Made by a program: the position numbers and the translations under genes. Below, one piece after another: positions 13,946-26,172 of a DNA stretch of 64,000 nt. Within the stretch, counting starts at the first letter, position 1. Every line of letters starts with the position of its first letter. A model generated the notes under the pieces. The model worked only from the letters and a program-made list of their open reading frames with translations. It was not told the origin of the DNA and searched no databases. The DNA is from Octopus vulgaris (Eukaryota): positions 12,338,001 to 12,402,000 of the forward strand of contig OX597832.1 of the NCBI GenBank assembly GCA_951406725.2. The letters run 5' to 3'.

Positions 13946-14282
13946 AATATTCAGTTAAAGAAAAAGATATATGTTGAGCACGAATATAAGCCATTAAAAT
14001 GCACAATAATTGTTAAAAGAAATTGAACGTATTAAATAGCAAAATTCATTAATTAACCTTAATTAATTTTCATCAGCTCTCGATATATAACACACACACA
14101 CACGCAGAAGAAAACCCCAAAAATTTCACACACAGAAGTGTGTGTGTGTGTGTGTCAGTGTGTGGGGAGGGAGTTGTGTGTTTCTGCATTACGTAACTCT
14201 AATCTTTCAAATTATCCTACACAGATACTGCTTGTGTGTATATATATATATGTGTGTATGTGTATGTACACACACACACACG

Positions 14283-14328
<46 letters not shown>

Positions 14329-14602
14329 GTGTATCTGTGTGTGTGTCTGTGTGTCCACGTGTGTAATTTGCCTAACAAGTAATTAATTTGTAATGGAAAT
14401 ATTAATAAAATTGAAAACAAAATTTTTATAGTTAATATACATCGATTCATATGTAATCATTAGAAAATATACGTGTGTGTGTACGTGCATGTGAATGTAT
14501 GTGTGTGTGTGTATATATATATATATATGAACATACATATATATTACATGCACAAATAAAATATATTTGTGTGTGTAGGTATGTATGTATTTATGTGTAT
14601 GC

Positions 14603-14648
<46 letters not shown>

Positions 14649-15417
14649 GCATACCCTCACACACACACACAGAAGTGCGTACAAATACACGTATGTATAT
14701 ATCTATCCCAATATTTGTTTGAGTCTCTCTACGAGGAAGGTTTCGTTCATTATATATATATATATATATAACGAAATATTATCGAATACATCAAAAATGT
14801 AATTAGTAACATTATATAATTAAATAATTATTTAAAATTATATAATTATTCAACAATATGTAAAGAGGCTAAATAAAATAAATTTCAAAAATTTCAGTGC
14901 TGCACCCACCACACACATTTTTTCCTTCTTCTACCATATAAATATATATATTAGCTAAGGCGAAAGAATGAAGGTTGCTTGTTTGCTAAATATTTCATGG
15001 AAATAACGCTAGGAACCACAACAGTAACGGCTATTTTCACAGCATTTTCACAGAGTCTGTAAGTGAGTAATATTGAGCTAATAGTAGCGCAAGCAGATTC
15101 GTATATTCCCTGACACATGTAGTTATTGAGGGAAGCGTCAGTTTATATATATATATATATATATACAAATATTTATATATATACAAATATTTATATATAT
15201 ACAAATATTTATATAAATGTACGTATATATACCTACATGCATTTATATATGTATATATATATATATATATATATAATGTGTGTATGTATATATATGTATG
15301 TATATATATATATATATACATATATATGTTTATATATATATACATATGTGTATATATAAATGCATGTATATATACATATACATTATCTGTCTCCCCTAGT
15401 CTTTATCTTTCTGTCTA

Positions 15418-15467
<50 letters not shown>

Positions 15468-15494
15468 CACGTATGTTTTGTATATATTGATGCT

Positions 15495-15860
15495 AGCGTA
15501 GCTATGTGGTAAGATGCTTGCTTACTAACCAAACTGTTCCCGGTTCAGTCCCACTGCGTAGCAAGTGTATTCTAGTGTAGCCTCGGGCCGACTAAAGCGT
15601 TGTGGTTGGTTTGGTAAACACGGAGACTGAAATAAATCCCTCGTATGTATGTGTGTGCGTGTGTGTGTGTGTATATTTTGTGTGCGCCTCTTTGTGTCTA
15701 TGTTTGTCACCCATCACCACTTCACAACCGGTGTTGGTGTGTTTACGTCGCTATGAATTAGCGGTTCAGCAAGAAGTCCGATAGAATAAGTACCGGGCAA
15801 AAATAGAAAAGAAAAAAGAAAAAAAACTGGGGTCGATTTGTCCGGCTAAGACCCTTAGAA
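15495..15860 (+). mobile_element. Degenerate family B SINE
   Basis: gctatgtggtaag...ggttcagtcccactgcg...gcctcgggccgac...gatagaataagtac. Confidence 0.8.
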
Positions 15861-16203
15861 AAATTATCTTCGTTGGTTTTAGGCAAATAAATCGACCTGC
15901 TCCCTCATACTTAATTATTTGAGTTCTTTCTTTTCTACCGAACCTGTTGGTAAAGAAACGAGCGTAAACAAACAAAGACCGGTTCTCAAGCAGTGCTTAA
16001 CCTAACACTAAACGATGCATGCGTACACAAACATACGTCTTTTGCGTGAGTGTGCGTGTATGCGTGAACCTGTGTACTTGCACGTGCACGTGTACGTGGG
16101 TGTATAGCATAGGCTTCCGCACAGTTTCTGTCGACTAAATTAATCTGGTCTTGCTTCGTCGTACACCAGCGTTCCTACAACCTCCCTCATCGACCTTCTG
16201 CAG

Positions 16204-16675
16204 CTACTACTACTACTACTACCAAAACCACCTCTACAACTATTACTACTACTACTACTACTAAAACCTCCACCACAACCACCACTACCACTGCTATAAC
16301 TACTACTCATACCACCTCTATTATTATTACTACTACTACAACTACCACCGCCATCATAGCCACCACCACACCACCTATACCACTACTACAGTTATAACTA
16401 TTACTCATACCAACACCACCATCACTACTACTACTATTACTACTACTACAACCACTACTACCATAACTACTACTACTATGACTACTACAGCCACCACCAC
16501 CACCATCACCAACACCTTTACTACTACTACTACTACTACTACTACAACCACTACTACCATAACTACTATAACTACTACAGCCACCACCACCACCACCATC
16601 ACTAACACCTTTACTACTACTACTATAACTACTACTACTACTAGTACTACTACTACTACTACTACTACTACTACA
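16204..16675. repeat. (ACT)/(ACC) trinucleotide low-complexity tract
   Basis: Directly visible; includes an internal duplicated block. Confidence 0.9.
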
Positions 16676-17452
16676 GATCATACACACTGAACATATTTAA
16701 GCCGTATCCTAGATAATCGCAATAGATGAGGGTAATTTAAATGTTAAGAAGCGTAACATTAATTGCGGCGTTACGGATACTTAATGCCTTTGAGTAAGCG
16801 TAATAACTGGCGTGCGCGATGAAAGAGCCGAATCGGTTTCGATTCTTCGTTCTATTTGTTGGCATTAGCATTCACCACAAAGCAAATGCTCAGATACAGT
16901 CCTTCATTTGCTTATTTCGTTGTCCCAAGAACACCACTCATTTCAACGAAGAGATGTTTCGGTATTTACCAAACATTTTTCATCCTATATGTACAGGAGC
17001 AAAATCATACACAAATATATATTTAGTATAAGCAATTAAGATTCAAGTGAGTTCTATTGAATTCACATGGATATGGTACTTAACTTGGATGCACCAAAAA
17101 TCTATATGGTGTTAGCCATACGACAAAGTGGGTTGATTACAAATAGGAAAAAAGCAACAAGAATGGATCAATATATCTGTACAATTGTTTCGTACGAAGA
17201 CATCATTAATAAGGCTACAAAAATTGCAGTAAATATAGGTGGCTCGTACTCAGCAGCCGAAAATACATCCGAGATTCCCAAACATCAAAGGGGGTAATGT
17301 TACACTCGTGAAACATCATGGAAAGTTCTATAAAAATGAGAATTTAGATAACAAATTGGTTTCTAAAAGTTCAATTAGTATTACAGAGTCATATATCAGG
17401 TTTTCAAAGAATTTTTTCAAAACCTCTTATATATTTATATGCATTCAAATAA

Positions 17453-17600
17453 TCCTTTCTACTGGAAGCACAAGGCCTCAAATTTGGCGGAATGGATTAA
17501 GTCGATTATATCGACCCCAGTGCGTTACTGGTACTTATTTAATCGACCCCGAAAGGATGAAAGGCAAAGTCGACCTCGGCCGTACTTAAACTCAGAACGT
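17453..17600 (-). mobile_element. 5'-truncated family A SINE
   Basis: Reverse complement of the central domain (ggtactta...tcgaccccgaaaggatgaaaggcaaagtcgacctcggc). Confidence 0.85.
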
Positions 17601-18289
17601 GAACATTATTTACATTATTTACATTTGACAGATATTTGTCCACATCCTCTTTGTTGTTACATACACACATATATATAGTCATGCATATATACATACATAT
17701 ATACATACATATATATACATACGTACAAACATGTACTTACACGTACACATATATATGTATGTGTGAGTATGTAATTATACGTACAAATGCATGTACACAT
17801 ATGTGCAAATGACTATATGTGGTAATCTCAGTGGGTCTCCAGTTACAGCAACACTAACACCATCATCATCATCATCATCATAATCATCGTTATCATCATC
17901 ATCGTCGTCGTCGTCATCATCGTCGTCGTCGTCATCATCGTCATCGTTATCGTCGTCATCATCGTCATCATCATCATCATCGTCATCATCATCATCGGCC
18001 TCATCATTAGTGCAGTTAGCGAGGCAATTGTCAGACTCTTTTGAGACTGAGACCAAATTGTTTCATTTTAATATGGACCCTTATTCGGAAGGAGCATGAG
18101 GCCTTCCTATTTACATTCCCTCGTAGGGGCATATCAAAGAAGCGAAAAAAAAACAATAAAAAACAGCTAAAAATAATAAGCATTTCTTGTGCGGTTTGCC
18201 ACGTACGTCTCTGTCCTCCACAAAATATACATGACCTTATGTTTGCTTAGAGTTCAGTAAGGAAAGGAAAACCCAACTCACCCAAAAAT

Positions 18290-18930
18290 AAAAATGCGAG
18301 GTCCTCAGTTTCTACCACCACCTGAAGCTGGTTCCAAAACCCGGCGCCCTGTGTTTCTCATTGTGACATCGAGAGGATCTTTGAACACTTCCGTGATCTT
18401 GGCCACCAGCTCGGCATTCGTGTTGCAGGCAAAGCATTTGGTGTATTTTATCAACCATGGCCCATATATAGTAATCCATGAGATTAAAATTGAGGGAACC
18501 ATGGAGCCAGAAACTGGGGTTGGTAAAGTTGAAGTTATTCTCTGGCGTCCATATCTGACACTTTCCAGGGGTATGGCATTGCGCTGAATCCTGCTGCCAC
18601 ACATATGACTTTCAAGCCAGATTTTGACCACATCGTCCAGCAGCATCACTTAAATTTCTGAATTGATTCTAAGGCTCTGTTATTTGGTCATTCGTTGATT
18701 TGGTCGCTATGTCTGATATGTCCCTTCCTGCTGGCCATAGCTTCAAAGTCTCCGTTGCAGCTGCCCTTGTCATGCCTTACATCCTTCATAATGTTCTCAG
18801 GGCATGGATCAGCAATCACGATGCCGGAGTTTTCATATCCGGCCTGAATCATCGTGATAGAGGTAACTCTTTACCAGATGGTTTCTTGCTTTCAATGGCA
18901 GTTAACTCCCTTGCAACAACAACTTAAATC
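18290..18930 (-). pseudogene. Decayed Tc1/mariner-superfamily transposase
   Basis: Minus-strand frames give WQQDSAQCHT and FWLHGSLNFNLMDYYIWAMV, matching the (F/W)QQD.AP.H and WP..SPDLNP.DY..W catalytic motifs of D,D,D mariner/maT transposases. The sequence is frameshifted and the boundaries are approximate. Confidence 0.8.
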
Positions 18931-19340
18931 GTTATGCTCTCTAACGCCGTTAAAAGTTTACCAATACATCAACTTTCTGAAAAAAACGGAAAGATAAAAA
19001 AATCGTCGAATTTAGCCCGATCCCCTAAAGAGGATAGAAAATAACTGTCGTACAAATGCCCAGCAGTATATTTTCTGATTCATGATTAAACTGTGTTTAT
19101 GCTGCAGGACTTCTCTGAAGGTTTAAGGCAAGAAAAAAGAAGAAAAAAAAAGACCTCAAAATATAATTTCAGCTTGCTACTTATTCTATCGCTCTCTTGT
19201 TGTCGAAATAGCAAGTTATGGGGACACAAATAACCAAAAAGCGGTTGGCAAGCATTGAGAAAACAAGCACAAAAATGTGCACACGCATGCACGGGCGCGC
19301 ACACACAAAAGGACACACACACACACACACATTTATATGA

Positions 19341-19495
19341 AGCTGTTCTATATTTGAGTGATGAGGAATTATGTACATTATTTACATTATTTACGTTTGA
19401 CGGATATTTGTCCTCATCTTGTTTGTAGTTAACACAACGTTTCGGCTGATATACCCTCCAGCTTTTTATCATGTGTCTTTGGGAAATTTCGAAAC
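19341..19495 (-). mobile_element. Penelope-like terminal module with degenerate hammerhead (19431-19477), inverted relative to the adjacent copy
   Basis: The minus strand reads GACAC atgataaaaa GCTG gagggtatat CAGC C GAA ACGT T GTGTT. Stems I, II and palindromic III are retained but the CTGANGA core is mutated. It is followed by a tail (caagatgaggacaaatatccgtcaaa.gtaaataatgtaaa) that recurs near 19709, 17603 and 35430. Confidence 0.6.
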
Positions 19496-19745
19496 TGTGG
19501 TTAAGAGCGCGGTGCTACTAAATCCAAGATTCCGAGTTCGATTCCAGGCAGCGACCTGAATAACAATAATAATAATAATAATAATAATAACAACAACAAC
19601 AGTAATAATAATAATAGCAACAACAACAATAATATCGAAAAATACCTTAGGAATGAGAACCCAGGTTCGAAATTTGAGGGTATATCAGCCGAAACGCTGT
19701 GTTAATAACAAGATGTGGACATATATCCGTCAAATGTAAATAATA
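19496..19745 (+). mobile_element. Composite element: tRNA-like Pol III head + (AAT/AAC)n + partially deleted hammerhead-bearing tail
   Basis: A-box-like GTGGTTAAGAGC and B-box GAGTTCGATTCC, then a trinucleotide run, then ggttcgaaattt[deletion]gagggtatatcagccGAAACgctgtgttaa and the same tail as 19341-19495. Confidence 0.6.
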
Positions 19746-20091
19746 TATATCATGTAAATAATTATCATATAAAGCTGTTGTCAACTTTAAATGTAATTCA
19801 TCCAGAGACAGCAGTGTAGGGTTCGAATTGATCAATTAAACGCACCCACAAACTTTTGACTTGTGCCTACGAAAGTCGAACCATTAGCAAAGTAATTATG
19901 TATTCCGGGTTTGAGTTCCTCCGTGGTCAAAATTATATTCCATACTTTACATGTCGATTAATTAACGTATTAGCCTAGTACGTGTGTCCATTTAATTGAC
20001 TACCCACCTGCTCTTAGAGTTCCAACACCGTTGAGATAATTCATTCTTTAGGATGCACAGTCTTAGTAAATAATTTCACCAATAGATATCT

Positions 20092-20506
20092 CTCTTTTCT
20101 CTATTACTTGTTTCAGTCATTTGACTGCGGCCATGCTGGAGCACCGCCTTTAGTCGAGCAACTCGACCCAGGGACTTATTCTTTTGTAAGCCCAGTACTT
20201 ATTCTATTGGTCTCTTTTGCCGAACCGCTAAGTAACGGGGACATAAACACACCAGCATCGGTTGTCAAACAATGCTAGGGGGACAAACACAGACACACAA
20301 ACACATACACATATATACATACATATATATATATATATATATATGACAGGCTTCTTTCAGTTTCCGTCTACCAAATCCACTCACAAGGCTTTGGTCGGCC
20401 CGAGGCTATAGTAGAAGACACTTGCCCAAGGTGTCACACAGTGGGACTGAACCCGGAACCATGTGGCTGGTAAACAAGCTACTTACCACACAGCCACTCC
20501 TGTACC
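20092..20506 (-). mobile_element. Full-length family B SINE
   Basis: Complete head, CORE-like body, internal microsatellite and tail gctccagcatggccgcagtcaaatgactgaaacaag on the minus strand. Confidence 0.92.
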
Positions 20507-20564
20507 TATATATCCTTGGTATCAGTCAGGCAACTGAATTAATCATCACCATCATCATTAATCT

Positions 20565-21400
20565 GAGCAGGCAGAATCGTTAGTGAGTCGGACAAGATCT
20601 TTAGCTGTTACTTCCGAGTCTTTACGTTCTAACTTCAAATTCCGCAGACGTCGACTTTGCCTTCAGTTCCTTCAAAGTATATAAAATAAAGTACCGTTGA
20701 ATTACATGGATCATTGTAATTGATCTAACCTTCCTCTTCCAAAATCTCCCTTCCTGTGCCAAAATTTGTAACAATTGATATCATCGGAACCTTACGGAAT
20801 CGTTAGCGCGTCGGACAAAATATTTAACAGCTCTTTACGTACTTAGCTCCAATCCCATCGTGGATCGCCTTTGCCTTTCATGATTTCGAGGTACATAAAA
20901 TAAATAAACATGCAAATATTGATCTCCATGTAATCGACGAAGATCCTCTCGCTTAAACTGGTAGCCTGTTGCCAAAATTTGAATATGAAACGCTGCTCGC
21001 TGGCATAATCTTTCGAATGTCAGAAAAAATGTCCTTACTTACAATATTTGTTCCTGATCTTTACGCTCTTTGTCGAACCCTGCAGAGATCAACGTTGCCT
21101 TTTATGTTTCAAGAGTGAATAACATAACGTACTAGACAAGTAATGGGGACACTGTATCAGTTTACCTCGGCCTTTCAAAACTGGCGTCTCCGAGTCAAAA
21201 TCAGAAATAATTGTTGGTAATTGCAGACGGTTGGCGATTGCGCTAAAGCGTCAGAGAGGTTATGCAATATACGGATATATTATCCGAGTTCTAATTTGCC
21301 TTTTATTCCTCCGTGTAAATGAAACGACACACAACACCAGTAAAGTACCGAGAGAAATCGCCCACACTTCAAAATTGTTGGCCTTGTATTTTGATTTATC
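20565..21400 (+). mobile_element. Cluster of old, diverged family A SINEs
   Basis: Repeated gaatcgttag...tttacgttct...ttcaaattcc...tttgccttt...gtgccaaaattt motifs. Confidence 0.6.
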
Positions 21401-21404
21401 TTCT

Positions 21405-21549
21405 ACGTGTTTCTGTTGTTAGACTGCGGCCAAGCTGGGGCACAACCCTGAAGAATGTTGGTCAATCGAATCGTTTTATACGTTATTTATTATACCGTTC
21501 TCTTTTTGGAGATGTAAAAATGGTGGGGGACAAACACAGAGACAAATAA

Positions 21550-21609
<60 letters not shown>

Positions 21610-21775
21610 GCATGACGGCTTGTTTCAGCTTTTGTCCACCAAATCCATTCAGAAGGATTTAGTCGGCCCGAGGTTATAGTAGAAGACATATTTCAAGTAT
21701 CACGCAGTGGGACTGAACCCGGAACCCTGTGGTTGGGAAGCAAACATCTTAACTCCCATCCATGGTCAGCGCCTA
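21405..21775 (-). mobile_element. Degenerate family B SINE
   Basis: gcagtgggactgaacccggaacc, tatagtagaagaca, (CA)n. Confidence 0.8.
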
Positions 21776-22124
21776 TTAGAAACAATTCTCAGAAAGCGGT
21801 GTTTTACCTGTAGGGAATTTATCTACCAAGGGCAGAGAGTTTCTTCCAGGTTAAATTCCGTTACATTGAAGAATATGTATTCTCTTATTCTTTTGCACGC
21901 TTCAGTCATTTGATTGTGGCTATGCTGGAGCACCGACTTAAAGGGTTTTAGTCGAAGAAACTTATACTTTGTAAACCCAGTACTTAATATAACATTCTTT
22001 TTTGCCGAATCGTTAAGTTACGGGGACAAAAACACACTAACATCGGTTGTCAAGCAATGATGGGAGAGGATAAACACCGGCACAAACACACAAACACACA
22101 CACACACGCATACACACATATGTA

Positions 22125-22204
<80 letters not shown>

Positions 22205-22480
22205 CAAAATGAGAAAATGGAGAAATATATCTAAATCAATCATCAACTGTCAGATAATACCGAACCATATACTTTATTAAAACACTACACAATAGCAATG
22301 ATATTATACATTAATATTGTACAATAATTACAATCAAAATGGTGAAATATAACTAAATAAATATAACAAGACATAAAAATACATTTACATTGTAGCTGAC
22401 AGCTGTTTCGGCCATGAAGACAGGTATGTCTCATTTAACCTATTAGCCATATAATGCAGGTATAAATGAGACATTAACAA
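22205..22480 (-). mobile_element. Truncated Penelope-like module with the 3' half of a hammerhead
   Basis: Minus strand ggcc-GAA-ACAGCTGT-C (palindromic stem III, GUC triplet; forward 22392-22414). It is preceded by a hairpin (atgtctcattta 22426-22437 / taaatgagacat 22463-22474). The 5' CTGANGA half is missing. Confidence 0.45.
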
Positions 22481-22484
22481 GAAT

Positions 22485-22685
22485 ATCTTGCCATGATAGA
22501 TCGCTAGCTACTACATATTCTTTATTTTCACTCCTTGTTTCATTCTGTGTTCCTTTCTGAGGAAGAGCGTAGGCTCGAAACGTTACAGACTTTTTACCTT
22601 TCCGAGCGTTATACTAATACATCTGTTTGTTGTCTACACCACCTGTCTTTGTCTTTTGTTTTTTTGTGAATTCTCCCTATTTATA
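22485..22685 (+). mobile_element. Penelope-like module with near-intact hammerhead (22553-22588)
   Basis: CTTT CTGAGGA A GAGC gtag GCTC GAA ACGT T AcAG: intact core with an extra A after A9, a 4-bp stem II, palindromic ACGT stem III and one mismatch in stem I. It interrupts a family-B SINE at its microsatellite. Confidence 0.55.
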
Positions 22686-22803
22686 TACCACAGTATAGTA
22701 GAAGACACTTGTCCAAGGTACCACGGATTGGGACTGAACCCAGGACCATGTGGTTAGGAAGCAAGCTTCTTTTCACACAGCCACTCCTGCACCTATGGAT
22801 ATG

Positions 22804-23032
22804 TTTCTTTATTACCCACAAGGGGCTAAACATAGAGGGGACAAACAAAGACAGACATAGGTATTAAGTGGATTACATCGACTCCAGTGCATAACTGGTA
22901 CTTAATTTATCGACCCCGAAAGGATGAAAGGCAAAATCGACCTCGGCAGAATTTGAACTCAGAACGTAACGGCAGACGAAATACGGCTACGCATTTCGGC
23001 CGGCGTCCTAACGGTTCTGCCAGCTCGCCGCC
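22804..23032 (-). mobile_element. Full-length family A SINE
   Basis: Reverse complement of the 1654-1883 unit. Confidence 0.92.
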
Positions 23033-23081
23033 TTCCTTACTTAGTTTCTTATGCTTAATCGTGTATCTCATATAAAATAGA

Positions 23082-23303
23082 CTCTCTTTACTCTTTTACT
23101 CTTTTACTTGTTTCAGTCATTTGACTGTGGCCATGCTGGAGCAGCGCCTTTAATCGAGCGACTCGACCCCGGGACTTATTCTTTTGTAAGCCCAGTACTT
23201 ATTATATCGGTCTCTTTTGCCGAACCGCTAAGTGACGGGGACGTAAACACACCAGCATCAGTTGTCAAGCAATGCTAAGGGGACAAACACAGACACACAC
23301 ACA

Positions 23304-23343
<40 letters not shown>

Positions 23344-23503
23344 TACGACGGGCTGCTTTCAGTTTCCGTCTACCAAATCCACTCACAAGGCTTTGGTCGG
23401 CCCGAGGCTATAGTAGAAGACACTTGCCCAAGGTTCCACGCAGTGGGACTGAACCCGGAACCATGTGGCTGGTAAACAAACTACTTACCACACAGCCACT
23501 CCT
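23082..23503 (-). mobile_element. Full-length young family B SINE
   Basis: Very similar to 20092-20506; ends in short (gagtaaaa) terminal repeats. Confidence 0.92.
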
Positions 23504-24224
23504 GAAGATCTCAAATTCACTTCTCTTTTAAAAATAGTTTTAAATATTTTGCAATGTTGGTGGAAAGACAGAGGTTGCTTCGAGCATCTGACTACAGATT
23601 GTTTTTTTTTTTGGCTCTTCACCTTCTGAGTTTCTTTCTCGCTGAGTTCAAATCTGCCCCTTCCTTGCCTTCTTGTTTGATAAAATAAAATATCAATCAA
23701 ATTTTGAGGCCAATGTTAATGTTCGCTCCAAATTCTGGTTTTGCTCTTAAATCATTATTAAAGGCAACAAGACGGGAGAATCGTTAGGGTATGAGGAAGT
23801 AGCACGTAGCAATCGCCCCGTTTCTTTAAATCTTGAGATCAAATCCCGTTGAGGTCAACTACATCTTCCTTCCTTTCAGAGCTGGTAAAATAAATTACCA
23901 GTGATATACCTAGGTCTCCTCTCAAAATTATTGCCTTGTGCAGTAAATTAGAAGCCAATTTTACAATCGTTGTTTAGCATACATTGCACATCGTCAGACA
24001 AAAACGATTCACGATATATCTTGGTTCTGTTTATTTCGATTCTCTACAATGCGAGTTCAAATTTCGCTTATATCAATTCTTTTTCCTCATTTCGAGGATG
24101 ATAATGTAAGCAACAATCAAAATAATGATCGATGATCCGAACTAAACACCTTTTTTCTCAGTTGCTGGCCTAGTGTTTAAATCAGAAATCATTCTTAGTA
24201 GTAGTAGTGGTGGTAGTAGTAGTA

Positions 24225-24263
<39 letters not shown>

Positions 24264-24504
24264 ATAGTCTCTTCTTCTTGAAGTAGGTAAACAACACGGT
24301 AGGTTTGGCGCTTAAGGGAACAAACCAGCAAACGAATTTTTTTTTTCTCTTTATCTAGTTTTATTTTTGCTGCTTTTCTTCCAAACTCTGCTCACTTGTT
24401 GTTCCTGCTGCTGCTGCTACTACTACTACTATTACGACCGCGACCACCACTATCATGACCACTACCTCCACCATTGCTGCTACTATATATATATATATAT
24501 AAAA

Positions 24505-24725
24505 GGCGGCGAGCTGGCAGAAACGTTAGCACGCCGGGCGAAATGCGTAGCTGTATTTCGTCTGTCGTCACGTTCCGAGTTCAAATTCCGCCGAGGTCGA
24601 CTTTGCCTTTCATCCTTTCGGGGTCGATAAATTAAGTACCAGTTACACACTGGGGTCGATATAATCGACTTAATCCGTTCGTCTGTCCTTGTTTGTCCCG
24701 TCTGTGTTTAGCCCTTGTGTAGTAA

Positions 24726-24728
<3 letters not shown>
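24505..24728 (+). mobile_element. Full-length family A SINE inserted in (TA)n
   Basis: ggcggcgagctggcagaaacgttagc...gtttagcccttgtg. Confidence 0.92.
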
Positions 24729-24780
<52 letters not shown>

Positions 24781-24789
<9 letters not shown>

Positions 24790-25025
24790 GTAGATATATG
24801 GATATTTGTGTAAATAGCAGGTTATAGGGACCATAGATGTGGTATCCTCCTTACTTATAGATTTTATTATATACACACATTCATACATACATTAGTATAT
24901 ATATATAAATATTATGTGTAGATATATGGATATATGTGTAAATAATAGGTTATAGGGACCATAGATATGTGATATTCTCCATACTTACAGATTTTGTTTT
25001 ATATACACTCATTCATACATACATT
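24781..25025. repeat. Local tandem duplication (~125-130 bp x2)
   Basis: tatgtgtagatatatggatat.tgtgtaaa...ggttatagggaccatagat...cattcatacatacatt occurs twice. Confidence 0.85.
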
Positions 25026-25541
25026 TATATAAATATGCAAGCCATATATGTGTGTATATATATAGCTGTGTAGGTAATGTCTGATAATAAATCAGATCTT
25101 TGTTATGTGGGGGCGTGAGGGCGAGCATTTTTTGCTGTGTTTCACAATTACAGACGAAATCTTAACAGAATCCACAACAAACATGACGATGAAAACTAAT
25201 TACCCCCATCTCCAGCACATACACACACGTTCTCATACGCGCGTTTCCACTCTTACACACGTATACAGAATTCTCTTCGTAACCTATGACAGACTCATGT
25301 CCGTTTTGAACTAAAGACGATGCGATGATTACGGCAGTCATGCTTCTTTCCCTATTTCTTCAGTTCTTCTTCTTCTTTTCTTTCTTCCTTTGTTTCTCTC
25401 AGTTTTTATCCATTTCCTTCTTTTTTCGTTTGTTTCACGAACCCCCATTCTGTTTTTGTTTCCTCTTTTTTTTTATCTTTCTCGGTTAATTTATTTTTCG
25501 ATTCCTTACTCATAAACATTCTTCCTAAGTCTTACTTGCAC

Positions 25542-25591
25542 TCTTCTTCTTCTTCTTCTTCTTCTTCTTCTTCTTCTTCTTCTTCTTCTTC

Positions 25592-25636
<45 letters not shown>

Positions 25637-25684
25637 TTCTTCTTCTTCTTCTTCTTCTTCTTCTTCTTCTTCTTCTTCTTCTTC

Positions 25685-25717
<33 letters not shown>

Positions 25718-25772
25718 TCCTTCTTCTTCTTCTTCTTCTTCTTCTTCTTCTTCTTCTTCTTCTTCTTCTTCT
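25542..25772. repeat. Alternating (CTT)n/(CAT)n blocks
   Basis: Directly visible. Confidence 0.95.
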
Positions 25773-25866
25773 CTCTGATGCTGCTGCTTGTTTTTCTTCG
25801 GGTATTTCTATTAAACATCGTTCTTTTTCACATATTTCACCCAATATCTTCTTCGACTTTCTTTTT

Positions 25867-25905
<39 letters not shown>

Positions 25906-25995
25906 ACGTGTGCGTGTGTGAGTACCTTCCTCAAACTGTGATTCTCAATCTGTGTGCGTTTTATCTATCTTTCTCTCTATCTATCTAACTCATAT

Positions 25996-26172
25996 CGTCT
26001 GTCGCTACGTTCCGAGTTCAAATTCCGCCGAGGTCGACTTTGCCTTTCATCCTTTCGGGGTCGATAAATTAAGTACCAGTTACGCACTGGGGTCGATATA
26101 ATCGACTTAATCCGTTTATCTGTCCTTGTTTGTCCCCTCTGCGTTTAGCCCCTTGTTGGTAGTAAAGAAATA
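25996..26172 (+). mobile_element. 5'-truncated family A SINE with TSD
   Basis: Flanked by tatctaactcatat at 25982-25995 and 26177-26190. Confidence 0.9.

Larger units (their letters stand above)
21880..22795 (-). mobile_element. Family B SINE interrupted by the hammerhead modules
   Basis: Tail and body lie at 21880-22200 and the head at 22692-22795; the gap is occupied by the 22205-22685 modules. Confidence 0.75.

Noticed and set aside
13286-13959. CRISPR-like repeat/spacer array
   Set aside because: Eukaryotic context; the long units are SINEs and the short repeats are TSD-like; no cas genes.
16690-17440. Short complex ORFs (70-116 aa) as a possible gene
   Set aside because: No recognisable domain or consistent frame or splice structure; probably a decayed repeat or unique non-coding DNA.
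19496-19560. tRNA gene (also considered for the SINE heads at 634, 1654, 51760 and the fragment near 32930)
   Set aside because: A/B boxes are present, but there is no complete cloverleaf with an acceptor stem. These are SINE-type heads.
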